From contig PLMU01000006.1 in NCBI GenBank assembly GCA_003142595.1, positions 282,325 to 346,324 on the forward strand: 64,000 nucleotides of DNA. Direction: 5' to 3'. Position numbers and translations under genes: made by a program. Origin of the DNA: Phycisphaerales bacterium. Lineage in GTDB: Bacteria; Planctomycetota; Phycisphaerae; Sedimentisphaerales; UBA12454. The notes beneath the pieces are model-generated. The model was not told where the DNA came from, made no database searches, and saw only the letters and a program-made list of their open reading frames with translations. This document shows positions 51,793 to 64,000 of the stretch, piece by piece; position 1 is the first letter of the stretch, and every line of letters begins with the position of its first letter.

Positions 51793-53267
51793 ACGAATTC
51801 GCACCGGTACAATATCTTAGCGGCTATTTGAGCTGGATTGATTTTATAATAGTCGCCGTTGCCATCCTGCTGCTTTTTGTTATCTCATATATTTTTGGAC
51901 GCAGGGAAAACAATACTAACGATTTCTTTCTGGGCGGCAGAAAAGTGCCCACGTTTGTAGCCTGCCTGTCTTTCGTCGCGACTGAAGTCAGCGCACTAAC
52001 GATTATCGGAGTTCCGGCAACAGCTTATAGCGAAAACTGGGAATATTTGCAGTTTTTCGTCGGCTCGGCGGCGGCACGAATCTTAGTGGCGTTTTTATTC
52101 ATTCCTGTCTTTTACAAATATAACTGCACAAGCATTTATGAGTTTCTCAGGCATCGATTCGGTCCTGAGACTCAATACGCAGGCTCGATTTTTTTCTTTA
52201 TCACAAGGATTATCGCCTCGGGCGTAAGGTTATACGCGGCTTGTCTGGGAATCGGGATTATTTTGGGGTGGAATTTGGCGCAAACGCTGCTTATTTTTAC
52301 AACAGTGAGCATTATTTTTATCGCTTTTGGCGGAGTAAAGGCAGTAGTCTGGGCCGGTGCGTATCAGACGATTATTTTCTTTTCGGCAGGTGTCGTATTA
52401 CTATTATATCTATTCTTCCATATTCATGGCGGTTTGGCCGCTGCCTGGCAGACTGCAAGTGAGGCAGGACGGTTAAGTGTCTTCAAATTTAATTTTAATT
52501 TTAATGACCCTACGACGTTTTGGGCAGGCACGGCTAACGCGTTTTTTATCGGTTTAGCAGTTTTCGGCACAGACCAGGAATTGATGCAGCGGCTGCTGAC
52601 CGTTCAAACCAGAAGAAAAAGTCAGAACGCAATTTTTTTAACGATAGCGGCGGCACTTCCGATTCTCTGCATATATCTTGCAATCGGCACTTTGCTTTAC
52701 GTGTTCTACCAGCAAAATCCCAGTGTTTTACAACCGGATAAGGCTAAAGAAGTTTTTTCACATTTTACGGCGCATTTTCTGCCCGCCGGATTAAAAGGAT
52801 TGATACTTTCGGCAATTATATTAGCCAGTATCGATTCGCCGCTGAGTTCACTAAGCTCATCGTTCGTGACAGATATTTACCGCCCTCTTATCAAAAAGAA
52901 TGCGACGGAAAAACATTATTTGTTAATCTCGCGAACAGGCGTGATAGTTTTCGGCCTGATTCTGGCTTGTTTAGCATTGGCTTGCGAGCCGGTAGAAAAT
53001 ATTTTGTGGTTTGCTTTTCAGATAATTTCTCTTACCGGCGGTTCGACGCTGGGCGTTTTCCTGCTGGGAGTGCTGACAAAAAGAAAGGGCAACATCGGCA
53101 ATGTCGCCGCGATGATTATCAGCGCAATATCAATGACAATATTGTTAATCTTATCTTACAATGGAATAATAAAACTGGCGTGGAGCTGGCTGATAGTCCT
53201 TGGAACAGCGGAGACATTCGGACTGGGTTATCTTTTCAGCATAATTACACGAAAAATCAAACAATAA
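51789..53267 (+). CDS. Sodium:solute symporter (SSS) family transporter
   Basis: ATG 51789 (ATGA overlap with the murQ stop) is preferred over the track start at 51756. It has about 13 TM segments and SSS-like segments (FFLGGRKVP, LTIIGVPATAY). Confidence 0.8.
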   Translation: MNEFAPVQYLSGYLSWIDFIIVAVAILLLFVISYIFGRRENNTNDFFLGGRKVPTFVACLSFVATEVSALTIIGVPATAYSENWEYLQFFVGSAAARILVAFLFIPVFYKYNCTSIYEFLRHRFGPETQYAGSIFFFITRIIASGVRLYAACLGIGIILGWNLAQTLLIFTTVSIIFIAFGGVKAVVWAGAYQTIIFFSAGVVLLLYLFFHIHGGLAAAWQTASEAGRLSVFKFNFNFNDPTTFWAGTANAFFIGLAVFGTDQELMQRLLTVQTRRKSQNAIFLTIAAALPILCIYLAIGTLLYVFYQQNPSVLQPDKAKEVFSHFTAHFLPAGLKGLILSAIILASIDSPLSSLSSSFVTDIYRPLIKKNATEKHYLLISRTGVIVFGLILACLALACEPVENILWFAFQIISLTGGSTLGVFLLGVLTKRKGNIGNVAAMIISAISMTILLILSYNGIIKLAWSWLIVLGTAETFGLGYLFSIITRKIKQ

Positions 53268-53358
53268 TAATCCACATATTTTCAATTGACAGAAAGTCTG
53301 GAATTTTATAAGTTGTTGAATTTAATACAGATATAATTAAAGAGAGGCAAGGATAAAT

Positions 53359-54636
53359 ATGAAGTTCAAAATCAAAGGCCTTCGCTGGTATATAGCAGGC
53401 CTGCTGATGCTTGTAACAACAATCAACTACATTGACCGCGCGTGTTTAGGTGTAGCAGGTCCGATTATTAATAAAGACTTAAATATCAATCTACAGCAAT
53501 TCTCCTACATAATTATAGGTTTCCAGTTTTGCTATATGATTATGCAGCCGATAAGCGGCCGGATCATTGACTTTCTTAATATCAGACGAGGATTTGCACT
53601 GGCGGCGGCGTGGTGGTCGATTGCCAATATACTCCACGCATTTGCACGAAGTCCGCTTACATTCGGTTTATTTCGAGGATTGCTCGGCGTCGGCGAAGCG
53701 GGAAATTTCCCCGGCATCGCGAAAACCGCGTCCGAATGGTTTCCGCCAAGAGAGCGCACTATGGCAACCGGCATTGCCAATATCGGTTCGGGCACCGGCA
53801 CTCTTATCGCATTTCCGTTTGTAGCGTGGATAATATTGAAATGGGGCTGGCAGGCAGCGTTTGTCATTACCGGTGCTATAGGATTTTTTTGGGTGATACT
53901 GTGGGCGCTGTTATACCGCGCTCCTGAAAAACATCCGATGATAACGCCGCAGGAACTTGCGCATATTCAGCAGGGCCAAAAAGAACTGGATGTGGAGGAA
54001 TCGGTTCACGAAAAAGGCGTATGGAAAGTTGTGTTTAAGCAGCGGAATTTTTTAGGCATTGCAATCGCCAGATTTCTTTCTGAACCTGCCTGGCAATTTT
54101 TTACATACTTTATTCCACTATACCTGATGCAACAGAGAGGAATGGATCTCAAGCAAATCGGTATGTTCGCGTGGATTCCATTTTTGGCCGCTGATTTAGG
54201 AAGTTTTGTCGGCGGGATTCTTTCGCCTTTCTACCAGAAATTAGGCTTGAGCGTTCTTAATGCCCGCAGAGCTTCAATGACAACGGGGGCGTTGCTGATG
54301 CCGTTCGCTTTGCTTATCACCGCTGCGCCGACAGCCAAGGGAGCGGTGTTCTGGTTCTGTTTCGGTGCATTCGGGCATAATTGTATTTCCGCTACGCTGC
54401 TGACGCTGCCGGCGGATTTGTTTCCGAAACGCACTGTTGCGACTGCCAACGGAATGTCTGGCTGTATAGGATACTTCGGCGGAATGTTGTTTATCTGGAC
54501 GGTTGGGTGGTTTGCAACAAATGTGGGATATGGGCCTATTTTTACTATGATTGCTTTTCTTGATATTATCGGCGCGATTGCGTTGTGGACGATTTTGCGG
54601 GTGCCGAAAGCACAGCCAAATATGCAAACTGTATAA
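53359..54636 (+). CDS. MFS transporter, anion:cation symporter (ExuT/hexuronate-like) type
   Basis: 425 aa with 12 TM segments. An INYIDR motif follows TM1 and GEAGNFPG lies in the loop 2-3 region. Confidence 0.8.
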   Translation: MKFKIKGLRWYIAGLLMLVTTINYIDRACLGVAGPIINKDLNINLQQFSYIIIGFQFCYMIMQPISGRIIDFLNIRRGFALAAAWWSIANILHAFARSPLTFGLFRGLLGVGEAGNFPGIAKTASEWFPPRERTMATGIANIGSGTGTLIAFPFVAWIILKWGWQAAFVITGAIGFFWVILWALLYRAPEKHPMITPQELAHIQQGQKELDVEESVHEKGVWKVVFKQRNFLGIAIARFLSEPAWQFFTYFIPLYLMQQRGMDLKQIGMFAWIPFLAADLGSFVGGILSPFYQKLGLSVLNARRASMTTGALLMPFALLITAAPTAKGAVFWFCFGAFGHNCISATLLTLPADLFPKRTVATANGMSGCIGYFGGMLFIWTVGWFATNVGYGPIFTMIAFLDIIGAIALWTILRVPKAQPNMQTV

Positions 54637-54659
54637 TTCTGTCCCAATCGTTAAGAAGC

Positions 54660-55106
54660 CTATTCTTTTTTGACTGCTGCGGTCATCTCGGCAAGTTTCA
54701 TTAGAAATGAAAGTTTTTGTTCTTCATGTTTGCGCTGCGGCGGCGTATATACGCCGTGAGCTAATTTATTTGTTTCTATTTCCAGCAGCTTTTCTATCTT
54801 TTCCGATTCCATATCCTTAAAACAAATCGCGTCCTGCGCAATGACCGTAAGAAGATTATTACTGACCTGCGCAAATCCGCCGTCAATCAGCAAAAAAGTA
54901 TGTTTAGGCTCCAATTCGCTTTCGGATGGAACATCTTCGACCGACATAATGCCCAGTCCCAGTTTGCACAGCATCGGCATATGATTTCGCCAAACACCGA
55001 CCTGCCCGTCATGTGCCGGGAACACAACCGAGACAGTATCGCACTTAAGCAGCTTGCCTCTCGGTGCGATTACAACACATTGAAACTTTTCATCGGGAGC
55101 CGACAT
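54660..55106 (-). CDS. atpC: F1 ATP synthase epsilon subunit
   Basis: 148 aa. It is the last gene of the atp operon and has a beta-sandwich plus helical hairpin pattern. Confidence 0.85.
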   Translation of the reverse strand: MSAPDEKFQCVVIAPRGKLLKCDTVSVVFPAHDGQVGVWRNHMPMLCKLGLGIMSVEDVPSESELEPKHTFLLIDGGFAQVSNNLLTVIAQDAICFKDMESEKIEKLLEIETNKLAHGVYTPPQRKHEEQKLSFLMKLAEMTAAVKKE

Positions 55107-55121
55107 TACTAATATTTCCTA

Positions 55122-57436
<2,315 letters not shown>

Positions 57437-57438
57437 CG

Positions 57439-58962
57439 TTAAATCTGGTTCTTTTCAGCTTTCGTTTTTTTATAATCGTTCATTGCCGCTATCAGTTTCG
57501 CAGTCAGCTCATCGTTTAATTCTTTTGAGTTGTTGATTTCGTCAATGTAATCGTTATGTTCTTCCTTCAACCAGTTCAGGAAATCGTCCATAAACCCGTT
57601 GACCGCATTGACAGGAGTATCATCCACAAGCCCATTGATTCCGCAGAAAATCGTAATTACCTGTCTGGCGACATCCATCGGCGCAAATTGCGGCTGCTTG
57701 AGCAGTTCAACCATTCGGCTGCCTCTGTCGAGCCGTGCCTGCGTTGCCGCGTCAAGTTCCGTGCCCAATCTTGAAAAACTCTGAAGCTCCCAAAATGACG
57801 CTAAATCAAGCCTCAGCTTTGACGCAACTTTCTTCATCGCGTTTACCTGGGCGTTGCCGCCGACGCGGCTAACGCTTATTCCGACGTCAACCGCCGGCCG
57901 AATACCAGAATGAAATAAATTCTTTTGAAGGTAAATCTGTCCGTCGGTGATTGAAATAATATTTGTTGGAATATACGACGAGATTTGCCCTTCGAGGGTC
58001 TCGACTATCGGCAGTGCCGTCAGAGACCCACCGCCGTGTTTATCAGATAATTTGGCACTGCGTTCAAGCAGTCTGCTGTGCAGGTAAAAAACATCACCGG
58101 GATACGCCTCTCGGCCGGGCGGCCTGCGAAGCAGAAGGCTGATTTGCCGGTATGCAATCGCGTGTTTGCTTAAATCGTCATATACGCATAGTGTATCGCG
58201 GTGCTGCTCATACATAAAATATTCCGCTACCGTACAGCCTGAGTATGGCGCGATATACTGCATTGATGCGCTGTCGCCTGCCGATGCCACAATTACTATT
58301 GTATATTCCATCGCGCCGTATTTTTTCAGGATATCAACTACCTGGGCAATGGAAGATTCCTTTTGACCGATAGCAACATACACGCAAATTACATCTTTGC
58401 CTTTCTGATTTATTATAGTATCAATTGCAATTGCCGTTTTGCCGGTTTTACGATCGCCGATAATAAGTTCGCGCTGTCCCCTGCCGATAGGAATCATCGA
58501 GTCGACGCACTTTAATCCGGTTTGCAGGGGCTGTTTAACAGGCTGACGCTGCACTATTCCCGGCGCTTCAGACTCGATAAGTCTCGCGGCCGTTGCCATA
58601 ATTGCCGGCCCTCCGTCAACAGGCCGACACAGCGGGTCGATTACCCTGCCTATCAACTCCTTACCCACAGGAAGAGACATAACTTTGCCGGTCGGACGAA
58701 CATCCGAGCCTTCTTTGACTTTTACATATTCGCCGTAGATGATTGCGCCGATGGAGTCTTCCTCAAGATTAAATACTTCGCCCAGGACACCATTCTCAAA
58801 CTCGAGGATTTCGCCGACCATCGCTTCGCTAAGTCCGTAGATTCGGGCAATACCATCGCCGACTTCCACAACCTGGCCGACTTTAGATATATCCAGTTTG
58901 TTTTTATACTGGCTTATCTGGTTCTTTAGTATCCCGCTTATTTCGCTTACATCAAACTCCAT
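57439..58962 (-). CDS. atpA: F1 ATP synthase alpha subunit
   Basis: 507 aa. Walker [12 protein letters not shown] and conserved alpha-subunit blocks. Confidence 0.95.
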   Translation of the reverse strand: MEFDVSEISGILKNQISQYKNKLDISKVGQVVEVGDGIARIYGLSEAMVGEILEFENGVLGEVFNLEEDSIGAIIYGEYVKVKEGSDVRPTGKVMSLPVGKELIGRVIDPLCRPVDGGPAIMATAARLIESEAPGIVQRQPVKQPLQTGLKCVDSMIPIGRGQRELIIGDRKTGKTAIAIDTIINQKGKDVICVYVAIGQKESSIAQVVDILKKYGAMEYTIVIVASAGDSASMQYIAPYSGCTVAEYFMYEQHRDTLCVYDDLSKHAIAYRQISLLLRRPPGREAYPGDVFYLHSRLLERSAKLSDKHGGGSLTALPIVETLEGQISSYIPTNIISITDGQIYLQKNLFHSGIRPAVDVGISVSRVGGNAQVNAMKKVASKLRLDLASFWELQSFSRLGTELDAATQARLDRGSRMVELLKQPQFAPMDVARQVITIFCGINGLVDDTPVNAVNGFMDDFLNWLKEEHNDYIDEINNSKELNDELTAKLIAAMNDYKKTKAEKNQI

Positions 58963-59521
58963 TGAGTCCCCTTCGTTTTGTTGCTTCTTTTATCGTAAGT
59001 AATAATTTGTTCCTGATGGAATTATCAATTACCCTACTGCCGTGCCGAATTATTATCCCGCCGAGAATTGCCGGATTTACTGCCACTTCAAGTTTGACCT
59101 CACCTTCTATCGCATCAGCTATACTGGCGGCAATTCTTTCAACCTCCGCTTTGTCTATCTCTTTGGAAACCGTAACTTTTACACGATGCAGTCCATGATA
59201 GCCTTCCCAAAGTTCGGTATATTTCGCGATAATCTGCGGCAAAAATTTCATCCGGTCATGCTCGATAATAACCATTAGTAAATTTGTCGCTAATTCGTTT
59301 AGTTTTCCGCTAAACGTCTCGTTTACTATCCGCTTTTTTTGTTCTTCATGAAAAGACGGCGAAACCATCAGCATTTCAAATTCTTTATTTTGTTTGATAA
59401 GATTAGCCAATAAGTCAAAATTGTTTTTTATAACGTCAATCAAATTAGACTGCCCGGCAAGCTCAAATACCGCCTGTGCATAAGTTTGTCCGACCCGGAT
59501 AGCTTTATCATTTATATTCAT
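58952..59521 (-). CDS. atpH: F1 ATP synthase delta (OSCP) subunit
   Basis: ATG 59521 ([22 protein letters not shown]) is preferred over the track start at 59542. It has an OSCP-like C-terminus (..[22 protein letters not shown]). Confidence 0.8.
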   Translation of the reverse strand: MNINDKAIRVGQTYAQAVFELAGQSNLIDVIKNNFDLLANLIKQNKEFEMLMVSPSFHEEQKKRIVNETFSGKLNELATNLLMVIIEHDRMKFLPQIIAKYTELWEGYHGLHRVKVTVSKEIDKAEVERIAASIADAIEGEVKLEVAVNPAILGGIIIRHGSRVIDNSIRNKLLLTIKEATKRRGLNGV

Positions 59522-59525
59522 AATT

Positions 59526-60092
59526 TTACCCGGTTTTGTCACTCTTTAATTCGGCTATAGCAGCGTCAATAAGCTGTTTATTGTCACCTTCCGCGATTAC
59601 CCTGCCGAGCACTTTTTTGCCGAGCAGAAGCATAATATCGCCGGCCTGTTCCCATAACTGGTCTTCTGCCGATGCGCGGGCTTTTTCAATATCCTGTGCC
59701 GCCTGTTGCCTGATTTCAGAAATTTTCCTGTGCGCAGCTTCTGTCAATTCCTGTTCGTGCTTCAATGCCCTGTCAGTGGCGTCCTGGAGTATCTGCGTTC
59801 GCCGCTGCTCGATATCCTCGCGCATTTTCTGCGCCTCTTTGCGCGAATGTTCCGCCGCGTCTATCTGCCCTCTTATGTGCTCTTCCCTGTCCTTGAGGGC
59901 TTTCAGCAGCGGCTTCCAGGCGTATTTGCCCAGAACAAACAGCAATAATACAAAGGCTGCGACTGTCCACAGTGATTCTGCAAATGAACCGCTGAAAATA
60001 CTTCCGCCGCCAGACTTGCCGGCCTGACCTTCAGCGGCAAGTGCATCGGCGCAAATAAACAGCGTTATTAAAAATGTTTTTAACGTTTTCAT
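59526..60092 (-). CDS. atpF: Fo ATP synthase subunit b
   Basis: ATG 60092 (MKTLKTFLITLF..) is preferred over the track start at 60146, which would overlap atpE. It has one TM followed by a long charged helix. Confidence 0.8.
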   Translation of the reverse strand: MKTLKTFLITLFICADALAAEGQAGKSGGGSIFSGSFAESLWTVAAFVLLLFVLGKYAWKPLLKALKDREEHIRGQIDAAEHSRKEAQKMREDIEQRRTQILQDATDRALKHEQELTEAAHRKISEIRQQAAQDIEKARASAEDQLWEQAGDIMLLLGKKVLGRVIAEGDNKQLIDAAIAELKSDKTG

Positions 60093-60112
60093 TTTTGGCC
60101 GTGTTCTTCTGT

Positions 60113-60388
60113 TTATTGTTTCAGCCAGAAAAGCGTCAAAAAGCAAATCGCCAGCGCAAAAAACGTAACGCCTTCGATAAGCGCCGCGGCGATAAGCATT
60201 GACGTAAATATTCGGCCTTCCGCTTCCGGCTGGCGAGCGATAGCATCGACCGCCTTGCTTCCAATCCAGCCGATTCCGAAACCTGCGCCGATAATTATCA
60301 TTCCGCAGCCTATTGCCGCCGCGGCTATCGCCCAGTTCGTTACGACTGCGCCGGCCTCGGCCAGCATAATCCCTGTCATACCTGTCAT
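60113..60388 (-). CDS. atpE: Fo ATP synthase subunit c
   Basis: 91 aa. It is a two-helix hairpin with a GxGxGxG helix 1 (IIGAGFGIGWIG), an RQPE loop and the carboxylate in AALIEGVTFF. It lacks the Gln/Ser-Thr Na+-binding pattern, so it is probably H+-coupled. Confidence 0.9.
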   Translation of the reverse strand: MTGMTGIMLAEAGAVVTNWAIAAAAIGCGMIIIGAGFGIGWIGSKAVDAIARQPEAEGRIFTSMLIAAALIEGVTFFALAICFLTLFWLKQ

Positions 60389-60417
60389 TTTATTTCAAGC
60401 CTCCAAAAATTATGTTT

Positions 60418-61230
60418 CTAATGTTCCGTTTGCACCGCAAAACTTATATAAAGCGCCGACAAAAACGTAAATATATACGCCTGTATAAACGCTACCAGCA
60501 ATTCCAGCAGCGACAGCGATACTACGCTGAATATCGATACACCTGCCACAAAATAGCTTTTAAAAACCATTATCAAGCCGATTAAAATAGCCAGCAGAAT
60601 ATGTCCCGCTATTATATTCGCAAAAAGACGTATTGCCAGTGTAAAAGGCCTTACGAACATAGTTACCACTTCAAGAAAATATATCATCGGCATAATCCAC
60701 CACGGCACCTTCGGCGCAAGGCTTGCCAGGTAATGCCGCAGTCCCTGTCGTCTGATTCCGGATATATGTGTCATAAAAAACACTACTACCGCCATCGCGC
60801 CGGTAACATAGATGTCCGCGGTAGCCGGTCCTCCGAAACGATTCATTTTTCCTGTCAGCAAATATATTATCTTTTCGCTCGGAACCATCCCGAGCAGGTT
60901 CAGGCTCAAAACGAAAAAAAATACCGTCCAGATAAATCCTATATAATTATCCGTTTGCTCTTTCAAAAGCGGCCTGGCCATTTCTTCCCGCAGGTACACA
61001 CATATCGACTCCACAAGATTGCGTATTCCTTTTGGCACCAGACCATTTTTTTTTGCCGCAAGCGGTATGAATATCATCAAAAACAGCATCGCCACAGAAA
61101 CTATGAACATATGATTGCTTATAACCACTTGCCGGCCCCAGATGGAAAATGTAAACACCGCCGCCGGCTCTATCGGCTCGAGAGGATTGAATTCTGCCAA
61201 AATAGCGGTATATATCAGCCCTGAATTCAA
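60418..61230 (-). CDS. atpB: Fo ATP synthase subunit a
   Basis: 270 aa. Conserved Arg context LAIRLFANIIAGHIL. Confidence 0.9.
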   Translation of the reverse strand: MNSGLIYTAILAEFNPLEPIEPAAVFTFSIWGRQVVISNHMFIVSVAMLFLMIFIPLAAKKNGLVPKGIRNLVESICVYLREEMARPLLKEQTDNYIGFIWTVFFFVLSLNLLGMVPSEKIIYLLTGKMNRFGGPATADIYVTGAMAVVVFFMTHISGIRRQGLRHYLASLAPKVPWWIMPMIYFLEVVTMFVRPFTLAIRLFANIIAGHILLAILIGLIMVFKSYFVAGVSIFSVVSLSLLELLVAFIQAYIFTFLSALYISFAVQTEH

Positions 61231-61405
61231 AGCTTTTTTAACCTCCTGTTTTAGCTTTAGTTATCGAAATTTTCTGACATTTATCAAGCCTGTTATTTTA
61301 ACATTCCGGATAAAATAAGCAATGCCTATTGGAAAGAGATTATAGTATACTTTTGCCCTGTTTGCGATACTTCAGGAGTGGTTTCCCCTGTGCCGTATTG
61401 TGGTT

Positions 61406-62080
61406 CTACTCTATATATTTGAAACTTTCCGGCGATACTACGCCGCCGGAGATAATCATTTTGAATCCTTCTTCGATGCTTATATCGGTATGGGCCGCCT
61501 CTTCAACAGGAACAAGCTCAAAAAATCCTGTTGTGGGGTTCGGCGATGTAGGTATAAATATTTTACAGTACTTTTTTCCTTCAGAATCTGTAATATATCC
61601 GGTCAAAAACCCGATTGCCTTCATCCCCGGTCTTGGGAACTCCACTAAGACAACCGATTTAAACATCTTTCTGTCCGGCATCGCCATCGATTTGATAACC
61701 TGTTTGCTCGAACTGTATATCGTTCGAACAATTGGTACATTCATAAATATTTTCTCGCCGAGCGATATTAGACGCCTGCCCATAACAAACCGCCCGATTA
61801 CGCCGACAAAATACAGAATTAAAACAAGCAGTATGACTGAAAGAGTCGTCACGGATATGCGTAAATAAATATCAGGAACCGGAGTGGTAATTAGTATTTT
61901 CGCCAATCTCGGCAGAACACTACCGACAATCGGCTGCAGAACGCCCGCCATAGCGTGAAAAAGCCATTGAATAATCAGCAGGCTTATTATAAACGGCACC
62001 GCGATAAACACTCCCGATATAAGGTTTTTGCGGATGCTGGTTAATATTTTCCCTCGCGGCTTTTTTATGTCTTTTGTCAT
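61406..62080 (-). CDS. DUF502-family membrane protein
   Basis: 224 aa with two N-terminal TM segments. It has the characteristic FIPTSPNPTTGFFELVP motif. Confidence 0.7.
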   Translation of the reverse strand: MTKDIKKPRGKILTSIRKNLISGVFIAVPFIISLLIIQWLFHAMAGVLQPIVGSVLPRLAKILITTPVPDIYLRISVTTLSVILLVLILYFVGVIGRFVMGRRLISLGEKIFMNVPIVRTIYSSSKQVIKSMAMPDRKMFKSVVLVEFPRPGMKAIGFLTGYITDSEGKKYCKIFIPTSPNPTTGFFELVPVEEAAHTDISIEEGFKMIISGGVVSPESFKYIE

Positions 62081-62194
62081 ATTTTAGATGAGTTTTATGC
62101 AATTTCCCAGCAGTTGTCAAACATTAAAACCGCCGGGATTAAGCATATATTTCCCATCCCCCCATTTTTCAAAAGTCCTAATTGCCGCGATACT

Positions 62195-64000
62195 TTACTT
62201 AGTTTCGGCTTCGGATAACGTCTCGCGTTTCGACTGCCAAACCGCCCAGATAAGTCCCACCAGGCAGATTAATATCGCTGCGACGAACATAAAGTCATGA
62301 CCTTTCTGATTTACCACTACGCCATGCTGTCCCAATATCGCAATAACTTTTTTGTCGTATGGCAGAATCAAACCGATAATCAGCAAGCTGACCATATTCA
62401 TAACTTTGATTAGCGGATTTATCGCAGGACCGGCAGTATCTTTCAGCGGGTCGCCGACCGTATCACCGGTAACGCTGGCCTTATGCCGTTCACTGCCTTT
62501 GCCGGTATTCTTTTCTTTATCGCTTAGCTCATCTTCAACAATCTTTTTGGCGTTATCCCATGCGCCGCCGGCGTTTGCCATAAACACCGCAAGCAACTGT
62601 CCCGAAACAATCATACCGCCAAGGAATCCAGCCAATGCGATAACGCCCAGTCCGAATCCGACCAGCACCGGCACTAAAATCGCCAATAGTCCCGGCCCGA
62701 TGAGTTCTTTTTGTGCCGCCAGAGTACAGATATCAACCACGCGACCGTAATCAGGTTTCTTGGTGCCTGCCCATATTTCTTTATCATGGAATTGTAATCG
62801 GCACTCTTTAACAATCAAAAACGCCGCGCGTCCTACTGCACGGATAGTCATCGAGCTAAACAGGAACGGCACCGCTCCGCCAAGCAGCATTCCGATAAAC
62901 AGAGTCGGGTCAGAAATGGTTAGCATTGAAGCGACAATAGCATATATTTCGCTGGAAACGCCCGCTGTCTCGCCTTTGCCGCCCGAGCCGACCGAAACGA
63001 TATAACTATTGAACAGAGACACCGCCGCGATAACCGCAGAACCGATTGCGATGCCCTTTGTAATTGCCTTTGTCGTATTGCCAACAGCGTCCAAATCGGC
63101 CAGAATCTGGCGGGCTTCTTTATATTTTTTCTCGCCCATTTCTTTCCTGTCATATCCCATCTCGCCGATGCCGTTTGCGTTATCGGCTACCGGCCCGAAC
63201 ACGTCCATCGAAATAGTATTGCCCGTCAAAGTCAGCATACCGATACCGCACATCGCCACGCCATACGCGATAAACGTCGGGTTCGTGTTCTGATAAATAA
63301 TTACGCTGCCCATAATCGCGCCAGAGATAATCAGCACCGCAAATACCGTGCTTTCATATCCGACTGCAAGGCCCTGAATAATATTCGTCGCGTGGCCTGT
63401 TTGGCACGCCTTGACTAAGCTTTTCACCGGACCATATTCCGTGCCGGTAAAATATTCAGTACATTTATTCAATGCCACCGCCAGAACAATACCTATTAAA
63501 CACGTCCACGCCGGCCTCATATCCAAACCGGGCTGTCCCAGGTTTGCCCAGTATGGCAGATTCGTAATATATTTTTCAATTCCTGCGTAGTTCGGATAGC
63601 TTGGCGTAAACCTGAAATAAAAAAATCCAAGAATCAAAAAGCCTACGACGCTTATAATCGAACCGATAATAAAGCCTCTGTTAACGCTCTTCATCGCGCC
63701 TGCCACAGTACCCTTATCGCCTGCTCTAACGCTGTATGTACTAATGATACTTGCGATAACGCCGATAGCACGAACAAGCAGCGGGAAGATAACGCCTTTA
63801 TGTCCGAAGCTTGCGATACCCAAAATCATTGCCGCCACGATTGTAACTTCGTAGCTTTCAAAAATATCCGCAGCCATACCTGCACAGTCGCCGACATTAT
63901 CGCCTACGTTATCTGCGATTGTCGCCGGGTTACGCGGGTCGTCTTCAGGAATACCGGCCTCGACCTTACCTACAAGGTCGGCGCCAACGTCAGCCGCTTT
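62195..64000 (-). CDS. hppA: Membrane-bound proton-translocating pyrophosphatase, C-terminal ~600 codons (gene continues beyond the right window edge)
   Basis: The frame stays open upstream of the track start (63877) to position 64000, reading ..GADLVGKVEAGIPEDDPRNPATIADNVGDNVGDCAGMAADIFESYE. The GNTTKAITKG motif (Lys rather than Ala after GNTT) is the signature usually linked to the K+-independent subfamily. Confidence 0.9.
   Translation of the reverse strand, partial: KAADVGADLVGKVEAGIPEDDPRNPATIADNVGDNVGDCAGMAADIFESYEVTIVAAMILGIASFGHKGVIFPLLVRAIGVIASIISTYSVRAGDKGTVAGAMKSVNRGFIIGSIISVVGFLILGFFYFRFTPSYPNYAGIEKYITNLPYWANLGQPGLDMRPAWTCLIGIVLAVALNKCTEYFTGTEYGPVKSLVKACQTGHATNIIQGLAVGYESTVFAVLIISGAIMGSVIIYQNTNPTFIAYGVAMCGIGMLTLTGNTISMDVFGPVADNANGIGEMGYDRKEMGEKKYKEARQILADLDAVGNTTKAITKGIAIGSAVIAAVSLFNSYIVSVGSGGKGETAGVSSEIYAIVASMLTISDPTLFIGMLLGGAVPFLFSSMTIRAVGRAAFLIVKECRLQFHDKEIWAGTKKPDYGRVVDICTLAAQKELIGPGLLAILVPVLVGFGLGVIALAGFLGGMIVSGQLLAVFMANAGGAWDNAKKIVEDELSDKEKNTGKGSERHKASVTGDTVGDPLKDTAGPAINPLIKVMNMVSLLIIGLILPYDKKVIAILGQHGVVVNQKGHDFMFVAAILICLVGLIWAVWQSKRETLSEAETK

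Overview
This is a 64-kb chromosomal window from a Gram-negative-type bacterium. The lineage may be PVC-like (TIGR04137-type small basic protein, secreted ankyrin protein, ApgM-type putative homoserine kinase), but that is tentative. Most of the window is housekeeping. It holds rpmF-plsX-fabHDG-acpP-fabF, a hom / ApgM-like / lysC block, rpsO-pnp, glmS and tRNA-Pro(UGG). It also holds a GH20-anmK-murQ-transporter cluster, a complete F1Fo ATP synthase operon, and a DUF502 gene next to a partial H+-pyrophosphatase gene. Two low-GC islands stand out. Spot counts of single 60-nt lines give 18/60 (line 13561) and 21/60 (line 28081) in the islands, against 31/60 (line 8041) and 34/60 (line 25561) in core genes. 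Island 1 (about 10.9-15.5 kb) encodes a signal-peptide protein ending in nine tandem Cys-Ser-x-Gly units, followed by two large polytopic membrane proteins with no family I can name. This is my best candidate for an undescribed envelope system. Island 2 (about 27.3-33.9 kb) is a tight TerB-like / P-loop ATPase / DExH helicase operon with Shango-like anti-phage architecture and an unusual membrane-anchored TerB protein. About 18 head-to-tail copies of a degenerate 21-bp repeat lie directly upstream of it. Other notable items are listed here. (1) An autotransporter gene is bracketed by a duplicated 3' end of a class IV aminotransferase gene. (2) A secreted protein carries about 20 near-consensus ankyrin repeats. 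(3) Stop-codon-rich heptamer tandem repeats sit at some gene ends. (4) A phased A/T-tract segment lies upstream of an ECF sigma operon. (5) A short FtsX-permease relic is present. (6) A 25-codon Arg/Lys-rich small ORF is present. I saw no transposase, integrase, rRNA or CRISPR array. Coordinates of small features that I counted by hand may be off by 1-2 nt. All family calls come from motif recognition by eye, not from searches.
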